The notes beneath the pieces were generated by a model. It ran no database searches, was not told where the DNA came from, and was given only the letters and a program-made list of their open reading frames with translations. Shown here one piece after another: positions 18,324 through 28,113 of a stretch of 42,808 nucleotides of DNA (positions are counted from its first letter, which is position 1; every line of letters begins with the position of its first letter). Origin of the DNA: Candidatus Cloacimonadota bacterium. GTDB taxonomy: Bacteria; Cloacimonadota; Cloacimonadia; Cloacimonadales; WRIO01. Both the position numbers and the translations under genes were made by a program. Location of the stretch: NCBI GenBank assembly GCA_029564175.1, contig JAKQQL010000169.1:1-42808 (forward strand). Direction: 5' to 3'.

Positions 18324-19046
18324 CTATCTTGCTATATTATTAACGGCTTTGTTCAGGGCATCGTCATTGGTGCGAATCGCACGTTCGTTTACATTATGCC
18401 ATCTCTGAATACTGATCATATCGACCATTTCTTTTATAACGGAGACATTAGACAATTCCAAATATCCCTGTTTAACATCAGGATTCACGGTCTGAACTTC
18501 CACCTGATCATCTTTAGGTCTCCAGAGATTATCAGACATTTGAACGCCCTCATTGATTTTAAATGATTTGATATCGAATTTATCAACAATTTGGTTGTTA
18601 ATGGCAATCGTTCCGTCTTCTGTTACGGAAAATTTTTCTCCTTCTACTTTAATGGTTCCTGATTGACCCATTACCGGATATCCATTAACGGTGGTCAAAA
18701 TACTTTGTTCATTTACTGTGAATTGGCCATCACGTGTATAAGCAACTCCATCCGGAGTTTGAATGGTAAAAAAACCATCGCCATTGATAGCAAAGTTAAA
18801 TTTGTTCTGTGTTTCACGAACTCCACCCTGTGTGAATTCAGTATAAGTCTTTAATTCACCGACAGGTAAAGGTTGTTTGATCTGATTTCTGATATTAGCC
18901 TGTTCCGCTCCTATCAGCTGGTCAATGAACAAACCGTTTCTTTTATATCCGGTGGTATTGCTGTTTGCAAGATTATTTGATACGACATCCATCTTTTCCT
19001 GCAGATACTGCATCGCAGATGAATTCATATAAATGCCTCTTATCAT
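18324..19046 (-). CDS. flgF: Flagellar basal-body rod protein FlgF
   Basis: SNNLANSNTTGYK, FAINGDGFF, YTRDGQF, QGYLELSNVSVIKEMVDMI; directly upstream of flgG. Confidence 0.85.
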   Translation of the reverse strand: MIRGIYMNSSAMQYLQEKMDVVSNNLANSNTTGYKRNGLFIDQLIGAEQANIRNQIKQPLPVGELKTYTEFTQGGVRETQNKFNFAINGDGFFTIQTPDGVAYTRDGQFTVNEQSILTTVNGYPVMGQSGTIKVEGEKFSVTEDGTIAINNQIVDKFDIKSFKINEGVQMSDNLWRPKDDQVEVQTVNPDVKQGYLELSNVSVIKEMVDMISIQRWHNVNERAIRTNDDALNKAVNNIAR

Positions 19047-19073
19047 GATTCCTCCAATTCTGACTAATCATAA

Positions 19074-19089
19074 TGCAAGGTATATGCCA
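19074..19089 (-). promoter_or_regulatory. Sigma-54 (-24/-12) promoter of flgFGAH
   Basis: The minus strand reads TGGCAT-ATACC-TTGCA, matching TGGCAC-N5-TTGCW with correct spacing, 27 nt upstream of the flgF ATG and its GGAGG RBS. Confidence 0.8.
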
Positions 19090-19233
19090 ATCTTTTCAGA
19101 GTAATATAATGATATGTTATATGGTGAGTTAAATGTTTTATTCAAAGACTTTTGGTATAATTAAAACAGAAAAAACTTCTCTTACAGGTTAAAATCATAT
19201 ATTTTGTAATAGTATTGATTCTTAATTAAAGTT

Positions 19234-22200
19234 TTATTTCACACCCAAAAGATCAAGATTTTTGACTGCTTCAATACCAGCTTCACTGTTTTTGCCATAA
19301 AGACTGATTACTTTTTTAAACGTACTGATTGCACGGTCAACCTGTTTATTTTTCAGGTAGGATTCGCCTGCTCTCAGTTCAGCGACAGCTGCCCATTTGA
19401 TGACATTTGGATAGGAGTATGGTACTTTGAGAAAGGCATTGACAGCTAGTTCGTATTCTTCTTTAGCATAATAGTTTTCTGCAATCCAGTATAGTGCTTC
19501 GGCCTTTAAATCATCAGTTAAAAATGTGTTGAAATATTTCTCAAAAATCAGAATAGACTTGTCATAAAGTTTTGCCTGATAATAACAGAAGGCAATATTA
19601 AATTGGGTCTCAGAGCTGATTTGTTTATCTCCCCAGCGATTGATAATCATTTGGTATGTCTGAACAGCTTTTTCCCATTCCTTGGTGATTTTTGCCAGCA
19701 TTGCGTAGTTAGAAGCGGCGTCCAGCGCATAAACACCTGTGGTGTCGTTGATCATTACTGAGTAATAGTATTGAGAGGCTTGCTCGAAGTTTTCATTAGT
19801 AAAATAATAGGTACCAAGTTTTAAATGAGCCTGATTTCTAATATCCATGTTTTCTGCATTGGCGATTAACAGGAAATCGTTCTCAGCTTCTGTATTTTTC
19901 TTGAGTTGCAGATATAGAATTCCACGCCATAGGTAGGCTTCATCGAGAACATACTGCGGGGTAAACTGATCTTTAATAATATCATTTAATGACTTTTCTG
20001 CTTTTTTAGGATCCATTTTCACATAATAAATTGCCTGATTTAGTTTGAGCTCAATTTTTGCTTCAGGCTCTTGATTGAGAACGCTTAAATATTCTTTTTC
20101 CAGTCCTTCAGCTTTTGGTCTGTTATTAATTTTATAATAACAGATGATGTAACGCTTTACCATTTGAGGAATTGAGAATGGGATTGACTCAATCTCAGTT
20201 TTTTTACCTGTGAACGACAAGGCTTGTTGATAGTAGTTGATTGCCTGATTAAATTCTTTACTGTCATAAGCTATATTGGCAAGACTAAACAGAGCATAGG
20301 CTTTAAGGTAAGGGTCTGTTTCCTTTTTAGACAGTTCATCCCAGGTATATTGAGCTAAGATAAGATCACGGGTATATTCATGAAGGACGGCTAATCTTCT
20401 CAGCATTTTTATATCTTTTTTCTGAATGTACATGAGCGCTTCTTTTTCTTTTTCCGGCAAATTGCTCAGATTGTAAAGATTGCTCAGATAGATATAATCC
20501 TTGTCGCTTCGCTTATTAGGGGCAATGTTTGTGATGACATCGATTCCATCCTGATAAAATTTCTTCTCAATAGCATGATCAACGATCAAATATCTTGCTT
20601 CATTGATTTCGGGTATTGTGTCAATGTTTAAAATGATATGTTTAAGGGTTGACAAGGCAGATTCTTTATTCCCTGTATAATACTGTGCCATTGTGAAATG
20701 GTAGTAATACAGCGGATTGGAAAGGTTTAACCATGAATCAGCCTGTTGATAATGCTGAAAAGATCTGGTGTAATCTTTTTTCTGATAATAGGCTTCTGCC
20801 AGATTGAGCTGGATTCTGATAAAATCATTTTCATTAACAAAACTGTCTTTCTTTATCTCCTGTGAAATGGCAATAAAACGGTCATAAAGTTTTTGACTCA
20901 GATAATAATCTGCCAGCCAGTATCTGAACCAGTTATCAAATGAATAGTTATCCTGTGGCTGAGGTGTCAGAAAATAGTCTTCAAGCGTCAGAATGACAGA
21001 ATTGTTTAATTGCCCTTTGTTTTCCAACCAGGCAATCATGATGTCAGCTGACTTGACTGCGTTTGAATTTGGGTTGATTTTTGTCTTAATTTGATTGATT
21101 TCACTGATGGCTTGCTGGTATTGCTGCTGATTTTTTTCAAGCATATATTTATAAGCAAGCATGCACAACATTTTGAGTCGTTCATTTTCTGCCTGAGGTG
21201 CTTTAACTGATTTTAGCAGTTCTGATGCCTGTTCAAAGTCTTTCAGACCCCATCCGAAAAGGATAGCGGCTTTAACGGCTTTATCTTGATCTGAGCTGAT
21301 AAACTGTAGTAAAATTTCTTTGAGCAGTAAGTCTGAATCTTTGACATAAAAGAGCTGAAGCTGGTTTATTTTCTGGATAATCTGATTTTTTTCGGATTCG
21401 CTGACAGCGTTTAGGTTTATTCTTTTATAAAAATCCAGTGCGTTTTTATTATCTTTTAATTTTTCATAGCAAATTGCGATCTGGTTAAGGGTTTTAAATT
21501 TTAAGAGGGGGTTATGGGTGAGGCTTAGTGCCTGAGAATAGTATAAAACAGCCTGTGAAGGGTCATTAAAATGCTTTTCATACACAGAAGCGGTTTGATA
21601 AAATAATTCAGCATTATGTCCTAAAAATCCGTAGTACTGGATAAGATGACTCAATGTATTTAAAACTGCGGTATAATTTTCTTGTTTTTCGTAGATATTG
21701 CTTTTTAGCCGGATATATTCAAATTTGAGAGCAGGGTCTTTCACTTCTGGTTCAAAAGATTCTACTAAACCAGAGGCGGTCCATGGCTCATCTGCCTGTA
21801 AGAAATTTTGGGCAATATAAAGGTATGCGTTGAATTTGTAAATGCTTTTGTAAAATATGCCTGAATATTTTTCTTTTTCTTTTAATACCGGAGAAGGATT
21901 TTTGAGAATTGCGTTCAATCGAATCCATTGGTAGTAGTAATAATCCAATTCAGGAGAAAGGTTAAATTTATCAATTAGTAGTCTGGCTGTTTTGGCTGCT
22001 ATATCGTTTTGGTCTAGCTCTATGAGATAATCCATCAACAATCGGTTCAAATTTTCTTCGATATTTCTGTTTAAAGGGGTTTTGAGATGTTTTTTTATTT
22101 CATCAACAGCACTTTCAGTGCCTTTATTTCGTTTGATAATAACGATTTGTAATTCCAGAGATTTATTTCTTGCCTGGCTGTCCGGATATTGGCTTTTAAT

Positions 22201-22788
22201 TTGATTGATAAGAGTTTCTGCTTCAGAAACGATTTGCATTTCATAATAAGCCTGAGCCATGATTAGCATTATTTCAGCCTGAACAGGGTCTTTTGGAAAG
22301 AGATTGAGTAGCTCTCTGCCATTGCTTATGATATCGTTAAATTCTTTTTGTTGGTAGTAAGTTTCAAGATAATTGATGATATTCTGTTTAGCGCTATCGG
22401 TATTGGCATACAACGTCAATAGTTTTTTGTAATATTCTTTTGCTTTTGACCATTTTGCCTGGGATTTATAGAGTGTTGCCAGTTTTTCTAGTGATTTTTC
22501 TCTGATATAGGGTGAACTTTGAGCGTCTTCGGTTAAAAGCTGAATATAGATATTTTCTGATTTTTCAGGTTGATTCTGGGCATCGTAGATTTCAGCAATT
22601 AAGTATTGGCTTTCACTGAGAACCGTTTTATTTTTAGATTCCAGCAGGATATTATTCAATTCATTTAATGCTTCTGTATAAAGTTTATCTTTTGTTAAAC
22701 GTCTGGCAAAATCAAGACGGGTTACTTCATTGGCAGCAATCTGACAGAAAAGGCTGATTAAGAATAAAAGATAAATCACTTTTTTCAT
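19234..22788 (-). CDS. Large exported tetratricopeptide-repeat protein (C-terminal CpoB/YbgF-like TPRs)
   Basis: Signal peptide MKKVIYLLFLISLFCQIAA after GAGGAG; many TPR units (AEALYWIAENYYAKEEYELAVNAF, AELRAGESY...AISTFKKVISLY). Confidence 0.8.
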   Translation of the reverse strand: MKKVIYLLFLISLFCQIAANEVTRLDFARRLTKDKLYTEALNELNNILLESKNKTVLSESQYLIAEIYDAQNQPEKSENIYIQLLTEDAQSSPYIREKSLEKLATLYKSQAKWSKAKEYYKKLLTLYANTDSAKQNIINYLETYYQQKEFNDIISNGRELLNLFPKDPVQAEIMLIMAQAYYEMQIVSEAETLINQIKSQYPDSQARNKSLELQIVIIKRNKGTESAVDEIKKHLKTPLNRNIEENLNRLLMDYLIELDQNDIAAKTARLLIDKFNLSPELDYYYYQWIRLNAILKNPSPVLKEKEKYSGIFYKSIYKFNAYLYIAQNFLQADEPWTASGLVESFEPEVKDPALKFEYIRLKSNIYEKQENYTAVLNTLSHLIQYYGFLGHNAELFYQTASVYEKHFNDPSQAVLYYSQALSLTHNPLLKFKTLNQIAICYEKLKDNKNALDFYKRINLNAVSESEKNQIIQKINQLQLFYVKDSDLLLKEILLQFISSDQDKAVKAAILFGWGLKDFEQASELLKSVKAPQAENERLKMLCMLAYKYMLEKNQQQYQQAISEINQIKTKINPNSNAVKSADIMIAWLENKGQLNNSVILTLEDYFLTPQPQDNYSFDNWFRYWLADYYLSQKLYDRFIAISQEIKKDSFVNENDFIRIQLNLAEAYYQKKDYTRSFQHYQQADSWLNLSNPLYYYHFTMAQYYTGNKESALSTLKHIILNIDTIPEINEARYLIVDHAIEKKFYQDGIDVITNIAPNKRSDKDYIYLSNLYNLSNLPEKEKEALMYIQKKDIKMLRRLAVLHEYTRDLILAQYTWDELSKKETDPYLKAYALFSLANIAYDSKEFNQAINYYQQALSFTGKKTEIESIPFSIPQMVKRYIICYYKINNRPKAEGLEKEYLSVLNQEPEAKIELKLNQAIYYVKMDPKKAEKSLNDIIKDQFTPQYVLDEAYLWRGILYLQLKKNTEAENDFLLIANAENMDIRNQAHLKLGTYYFTNENFEQASQYYYSVMINDTTGVYALDAASNYAMLAKITKEWEKAVQTYQMIINRWGDKQISSETQFNIAFCYYQAKLYDKSILIFEKYFNTFLTDDLKAEALYWIAENYYAKEEYELAVNAFLKVPYSYPNVIKWAAVAELRAGESYLKNKQVDRAISTFKKVISLYGKNSEAGIEAVKNLDLLGVK

Positions 22789-22870
22789 AATTACTCCTCG
22801 AAATATTATCATAATGTAATGACTATTATCATATATAACTGATTATAATGAAGATTGTTACGAATACACT

Positions 22871-24226
22871 TTATTTTTTGTTGTCTTTCACTAAAAACTG
22901 AATTTCAAGCTCTTTTTTTAAGCTCACCTGATGATGGTTTACGGATGATTTATCAATCACAAAGAGATAAGAATTGAATTTTTTTAGTGGAACAGCAGGT
23001 TTAAATTTCCATATTTTATGGTTATCCTGTATAATATTTACCGGAATCATTTGATTGCTTTCAATTTCTTTGAGTGAGTATTTTACGTTATTTTTTAAGA
23101 AAATTTCAGAGAATTCAATTGTGATTACGGGTTGAGATTCACTGATAGCAGTGCCATTTCTGATGGAAGCGCTGATAATTTCAGGATTTTTGGTCAATAA
23201 GATTTGTGAGCCATTGATAAACGTGTTGATTTCTTGATTAACATTGCCTTTTAAATCATGAATATCTTTTAAATATACTTTATATCTGATTGTGTCCTGC
23301 TCACTGGTGATACAGTGAATTGTATTTTTATCCAGAACAGATGCACTGATATTTAGCGAAGTTGTTTTCTTTTCATCGACAAAGGCGATATAGGGGATAT
23401 GGTGTAATGGTTTATTGAAAGTCAAAACGATATCATTTTTTGAGATCGCTTTAATCTGTTTGATATCCGGTTTAACCGTATCCTGATAAGTCAACTGGAC
23501 AGGAATGGCTGAAGCGAAGTCTTTAGGCAGGAATTTCTGAAAGAAAGGCTCACTTTGATAGTCATAGCGCTTATTGTTATTTTTGTCTATGTAAGCCCTG
23601 ATCGTCATATCCTGAGCGTTTAGATAATCAATGATGAAATTGTTATCTGCTATATTTTTTTCAAGCACCATTAATGAATCTTTATCCAGCAAAATAATCG
23701 TTTTTATTTTATCATAATCCTTTTGATCTTCATAAGTAAAACTACCTCTGAGCGAATAGGTATTTAATTTGCCAGAACTGAATATAAATGTTTCAGGTTT
23801 TTCCAGCTGGTTACCATGATAACATTTGAGATTATGATTAAATGAAAGCATATAATTCGTATCCGTTTTTAAGACTTCATTGATTCTGATGCTGAGAATA
23901 TTTTTTTTCCAGATAAATTTCTTGTTTTGAATGGGCGGATAAAAGGTAATTCCGGCAATGACACTGTTTTGATCCATTAATTTCGAAAAGCTGATGTTAA
24001 TTTCATTATTTTCGATGGCTTCGAATTGTGCAGGACTGATATTTAATATTTGAGGTTTTTCATTATCGATGGGTCCACCGGTGGGTGATTTTTTACTTCC
24101 ACACGCAGTTATCAATAATAATGAAAGCAAAATCAGCAAGATTTTGAGTGATGATTTTTTGTCAGTCGTCATTTTTTTCTCCGGAAAAAAGTTTTTAGTA
24201 TTCATTATCTTTAAGCCATTTTTCAT
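22871..24226 (-). CDS. Lipoprotein with bacterial Ig-like (Big_5-like) domains
   Basis: Lipobox LITAC followed by GSKKSPTGGPIDNEKP; ISFSKLMD, LTFNKPL and IEFSE motifs. The true start may be 24205 or 24172. Confidence 0.75.
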   Translation of the reverse strand: MKNGLKIMNTKNFFPEKKMTTDKKSSLKILLILLSLLLITACGSKKSPTGGPIDNEKPQILNISPAQFEAIENNEINISFSKLMDQNSVIAGITFYPPIQNKKFIWKKNILSIRINEVLKTDTNYMLSFNHNLKCYHGNQLEKPETFIFSSGKLNTYSLRGSFTYEDQKDYDKIKTIILLDKDSLMVLEKNIADNNFIIDYLNAQDMTIRAYIDKNNNKRYDYQSEPFFQKFLPKDFASAIPVQLTYQDTVKPDIKQIKAISKNDIVLTFNKPLHHIPYIAFVDEKKTTSLNISASVLDKNTIHCITSEQDTIRYKVYLKDIHDLKGNVNQEINTFINGSQILLTKNPEIISASIRNGTAISESQPVITIEFSEIFLKNNVKYSLKEIESNQMIPVNIIQDNHKIWKFKPAVPLKKFNSYLFVIDKSSVNHHQVSLKKELEIQFLVKDNKK

Positions 24227-24833
24227 TCATATAAGTGGCAGCTGTATTTTTAGTTAACATATTTTGCACATATTTTCCTATAATGTCAAATTCCAGATTC
24301 ACCAGATCTCCGGTTTTTAATGACGTAAAATGGGTATGATTAAGGGTATGCGAGATAAGTGAAACTTCAAAGGAATCGGATTTTTTTGCTGCAACCGTCA
24401 GGCTGACGCCATTGATTGCAACAGAACCCTGAGCTACAACAAGGTGTTGAAACAAAGTATCCAGATGAAAGGTCAGGTAAAGCGTATCATGAATCGTTTT
24501 TTTACTGATCAGAGGGCTTGTACAATCTACATGACCTTGAACAATATGACCATCAAGCCGGTCAGACAGCATCATTGCTCTTTCCAGATGTATCTTTTGC
24601 CGGATTGACCATGAGCCAAGCGTCGTCTTCTGTATGGTCTCATTCATTGCTTCAACGGTTATCTGATTTGCATCAAATGAAATGACTGTAAGGCATATTC
24701 CATTACAGGCAATGCTATCTCCGGTTTTTAGATTATATTGCATTTTGCTGGTCTGAATACTGATTTCACGTTTACCACCCTTAGGAGAGATACGGGTGAT
24801 ACTGCCAAGATCCTGAATAAGTCCTGTAAACAT
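24195..24833 (-). CDS. ribE: Riboflavin synthase alpha chain
   Basis: MFTGLI, GDSIACNGICLTV, RLDGHIVQGHVD, GSVAINGVSLTV, VNLEFDIIGKYV. Confidence 0.95.
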   Translation of the reverse strand: MFTGLIQDLGSITRISPKGGKREISIQTSKMQYNLKTGDSIACNGICLTVISFDANQITVEAMNETIQKTTLGSWSIRQKIHLERAMMLSDRLDGHIVQGHVDCTSPLISKKTIHDTLYLTFHLDTLFQHLVVAQGSVAINGVSLTVAAKKSDSFEVSLISHTLNHTHFTSLKTGDLVNLEFDIIGKYVQNMLTKNTAATYMNEKWLKDNEY

Positions 24834-24841
24834 TATGTTCT

Positions 24842-25435
24842 CTAAACCGGAAATCTGCGTTTCAGCGCATTCATCAGAGTTACTGTTCCCGTATATTCCA
24901 TATCGCTTCCATAAGGGATACCAGTTGACAGACGGGTCATTGAAATTTCACAGTTTTTTAGATATTCAGCGATAAAGTGAATCGTGCTTTCACCTTCTGT
25001 GGAAGGGCTGATTGCAAAAATAATTTCTTTAAATGCTTTTTGACGGATCAGATTTTTTAATTTATCCAGCTGAATCTGTTTGGGGCCGATGCCATCAACG
25101 GGGGATAGGAGATGACCTAAAACGAAATAGTGCCCCTTATACTCCCTGGTTGATTCAATATGAAAAACATCTCTTGTATGCTCAACAATGCAGAGCAGCT
25201 CTGAATCTCTGTCTGGATCAGAGCACAAAGGACAAGGATCTGATTCACTCAGCATATTACAAAATGAACAATTTTGATAGGATTCAACAGCTTCTCTGAC
25301 CGCATCAGAAAGCTTAAATGCTTTTTCTTTATCCTGAGAAACAATAAAGAGAGCAAGGCGTTGAGCCGTCTTTTCACCAATCCCTGGCAGGCTTTTCAGG
25401 CTTTGCTGTAGTTGAAGCAGTTTTCCGGTAAACAT
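24842..25435 (-). CDS. recR: Recombination mediator RecR
   Basis: LPGIGEKTAQRLA (HhH), C4 zinc finger CSFC...CPLC, Toprim LCIVE...EGEST...TRLSTGIP. Confidence 0.95.
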   Translation of the reverse strand: MFTGKLLQLQQSLKSLPGIGEKTAQRLALFIVSQDKEKAFKLSDAVREAVESYQNCSFCNMLSESDPCPLCSDPDRDSELLCIVEHTRDVFHIESTREYKGHYFVLGHLLSPVDGIGPKQIQLDKLKNLIRQKAFKEIIFAISPSTEGESTIHFIAEYLKNCEISMTRLSTGIPYGSDMEYTGTVTLMNALKRRFPV

Positions 25436-25555
25436 TAGATACAAACTGCCTTACTTCTTGATAACATACTGAAGACAGGATGATTGTCGAAAATAACGCT
25501 CACGCTGAGTCGCGGAGTCGCGGGGGATATGTAATTCAAAATACATCATTAAAAA

Positions 25556-25885
25556 TTAGAATAATCCGGGTATTTTCATGCCACCAGTCATTTTGCTCAT
25601 GTTTTCTTCTACCATTTTAGAAATTTTAGCATGTGCTTCATTGATAGCAGCTGAAATTAAATCTTCGAGCATTTCAACATCTTCTGGATCTACAACATCT
25701 TTTTCGATTTTTAAAGATTTTAAATTATATTTTCCGTCCATTACCACTTTAACCATTCCACCGCCACTGGACACTTCCAATTCTTTTTTTTCAAGTTCTT
25801 CCTGTGCTTTAACGAGATTTTGCTGCATTTTCTGCGCTTGTTTCATTAAATCCTGCATTCCTTTATTTCCGCCACCTGGGAACAT
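25556..25885 (-). CDS. ybaB: Nucleoid-associated protein YbaB/EbfC
   Basis: LMKQAQKMQ, SSGGGMVKV, VDPEDVEMLEDLISAAINEA; GGAGG RBS before ATG 25885; upstream of recR. Confidence 0.95.
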   Translation of the reverse strand: MFPGGGNKGMQDLMKQAQKMQQNLVKAQEELEKKELEVSSGGGMVKVVMDGKYNLKSLKIEKDVVDPEDVEMLEDLISAAINEAHAKISKMVEENMSKMTGGMKIPGLF

Positions 25886-26020
25886 TAAGACCTCCAATAA
25901 TTTATTAAATTCTAAAATAGAAGTCATGCCTTTTTCGTCAATACTTTTTTATTGATTATTGATTTTGAAATGAATATGATGCAAATTTTACTCAAAATAA
26001 GTACACTAAAAGTAAGTATT

Positions 26021-26049
26021 AAAAAATAAAAGGAGCTCTAATGAGCTCC
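26021..26049 (-). terminator. Intrinsic terminator after serS
   Basis: Hairpin ggagctc-taat-gagctcc with a minus-strand U-rich tail. Confidence 0.7.
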
Positions 26050-26077
26050 CTGATAGTAGTATTATAATAAAGTTATC

Positions 26078-27346
26078 TTATTTAATAAGGGTTTGTCCGT
26101 GCATATAGGGGACAAGTACATCAGGAACAGTCACTGAACCATCTTCGTTCTGATAATTTTCCAGAATTGCAATAAAAGTTCTTGGAGTTGCAAGTCCAGA
26201 GCCGTTTAAAGTATGGACAAACTTTACTTTTCCATCAGAATCACGGAATCGGATGTTGGCTCTGCGTGCTTGAAAATCAGTAAAGTTACTGACAGAAGAA
26301 ACTTCAAGGTATTTAGCAGCCCCAGGTACCCATACCATCAGATCATAGGTTTTGGCAGATGCAAAACTCATATCGCCTGTACATAAAGAGAGCACATGAT
26401 AAGGCAGTTTTAAAGCCTGAAGAATATCTTCTGCATCTTGACACATCTCTTCAAGAATCTTCCATGATTCATCAGGATGTACAAATCTGACCATTTCCAC
26501 TTTATTAAACTGATGAAGTCGCTGTAAGCCCTTAGTATCTTTGCCATAAGATCCTGCTTCTCTTCTGAAACATGGTGTATAAGCAATCAGTTTTTGGGGT
26601 ACTTTATCATAAGGTAAAATCTCATTTGAATAGAGATTCGTAACAGGTACTTCAGCTGTTGGTATTAGAAAGAAATCATCTTCAGTTACATGATACATAT
26701 CATTTTCAAGTTTTGGCAACTGACCAGTCCCTGTCATTGTTTGTCTGTTAACAATGTGTGGTACCATTACTTCAGTATAGCCATGTTTTTGAATATGAAA
26801 GTCAAGCATGAAGTTGATCAAAGCTCTTTCCAGTAATGCACCCGTTTTAAAATAAACAGGGAAGCCAGAACCGGTAATTTTTGCTCCGCGTGTAATATCA
26901 AGCAGGTTGTTATTGTCTGCAATTTCAGTATGTTCCTTCGGCGTAAATGAAAAGGATCTTTTCTCACCCCATTCTTTTACGATGAGGTTTTCCGCTTCAC
27001 TTTTTCCGACAATGACAGAGTCATGAGGCATATTAGGAACGGTTAAAAGTGCATTGTCAAGCTCATTTGAGAGTTGGCTGAGTTCAGCAGAAATATCTTT
27101 GATTTTTCCAGCTAAAAGCTGCATTTCTGCCAATAAATCAGTTGCATCTTTCTTTTCTTTTTTAAGTTGGGCAATATCTTTTGAAACTTTGTTTTGCTCT
27201 GCTCTCAGATTATCAAAGTCAAATTGAGTTTTGCGTTTCTTTTCATCAAGCGCTATAATATGATCGATATTGGCTTTTTCATTTTTATTTTGAATTGCCT
27301 GTTTCACTAAATCAGCATTTTCTCTGATAAATTTTAAATCTAACAT
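26078..27346 (-). CDS. serS: Serine--tRNA ligase
   Basis: MLDLKFIREN, N-terminal coiled coil, LIPTAEVP, CFRREAGSYGKDTKGLQRLHQFNKVE, EVSSVSN, HTLNGSGLA. Confidence 0.97.
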   Translation of the reverse strand: MLDLKFIRENADLVKQAIQNKNEKANIDHIIALDEKKRKTQFDFDNLRAEQNKVSKDIAQLKKEKKDATDLLAEMQLLAGKIKDISAELSQLSNELDNALLTVPNMPHDSVIVGKSEAENLIVKEWGEKRSFSFTPKEHTEIADNNNLLDITRGAKITGSGFPVYFKTGALLERALINFMLDFHIQKHGYTEVMVPHIVNRQTMTGTGQLPKLENDMYHVTEDDFFLIPTAEVPVTNLYSNEILPYDKVPQKLIAYTPCFRREAGSYGKDTKGLQRLHQFNKVEMVRFVHPDESWKILEEMCQDAEDILQALKLPYHVLSLCTGDMSFASAKTYDLMVWVPGAAKYLEVSSVSNFTDFQARRANIRFRDSDGKVKFVHTLNGSGLATPRTFIAILENYQNEDGSVTVPDVLVPYMHGQTLIK

Positions 27347-27347
27347 T

Positions 27348-28112
27348 TTATTCTCCTGCTGTCATCAGCATTTTCTTATAAGATTCTATATCAAGTGCAG
27401 CGCCACCAATTAGTCCGCCATCAATATCAGCACAAGCCAGCAGTTCTTTGATATTGTCCGGTTTAACACTGCCTCCATAGAGAATTGCTATATTCTCTGC
27501 AATCTCCTTGTTATAGCGATCATTAAACCAGTTTCTGATGTATTGATGAACTTCCTGAGCCTGTTCCGGAGTTGCAGTTTTACCGGTTCCAATTGCCCAG
27601 ACAGGTTCGTAGGCGATTAACAAGCTTTCAGTTTCTTCTAAGTGAATCTCTTTAAAAATACCAGAAAGCTGAGTATCAATTATATCAAAAGTACGGTTTG
27701 CTTCACGTTCTGATAGTGTTTCTCCAATACAAATGATGGCTTTTATGTTGCTTTCCTTTAATTTAAGATATTTTTTTTGGATCAATGTATCGGTTTCTCC
27801 ATAGAACTGACGTCTTTCTGAATGGCCAATGATGCAGTAATCCATTTGAATATCTTTTAACATTTGAACTGATATTTCGCCTGTATATGCGCCATTGTTT
27901 TGGTCAGAGCAATTTTGAGCACCAATGAAGATGTTGCTGTTTAAAACGGTTTTTTTTGCAGATTCAAGATATAAAAAAGGGGGACATATAATCTGAACAA
28001 CCTGGTCTGATTGCCAGTTTTGATTGAATTGAACAAGTTCATTCAGAAATGTGGTGGTTTCGGCACTGGTCTTGTTCATTTTCCAGTTACCTGCAATATA
28101 AATTTTTCTCAT
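27348..28112 (-). CDS. tpiA: Triosephosphate isomerase
   Basis: IAGNWKMN, GAYTGEIS, IIGHSERR, AYEPVWAIGTG, LYGGSVKP, DGGLIGGA. Confidence 0.97.
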   Translation of the reverse strand: MRKIYIAGNWKMNKTSAETTTFLNELVQFNQNWQSDQVVQIICPPFLYLESAKKTVLNSNIFIGAQNCSDQNNGAYTGEISVQMLKDIQMDYCIIGHSERRQFYGETDTLIQKKYLKLKESNIKAIICIGETLSEREANRTFDIIDTQLSGIFKEIHLEETESLLIAYEPVWAIGTGKTATPEQAQEVHQYIRNWFNDRYNKEIAENIAILYGGSVKPDNIKELLACADIDGGLIGGAALDIESYKKMLMTAGE

Positions 28113-28113
28113 T

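Noticed and set aside
22800..22850. Fur box upstream of the TPR gene
   Set aside because: Only TGATAAT half-sites in very AT-rich DNA; no full 19-bp or 7-1-7 palindrome.
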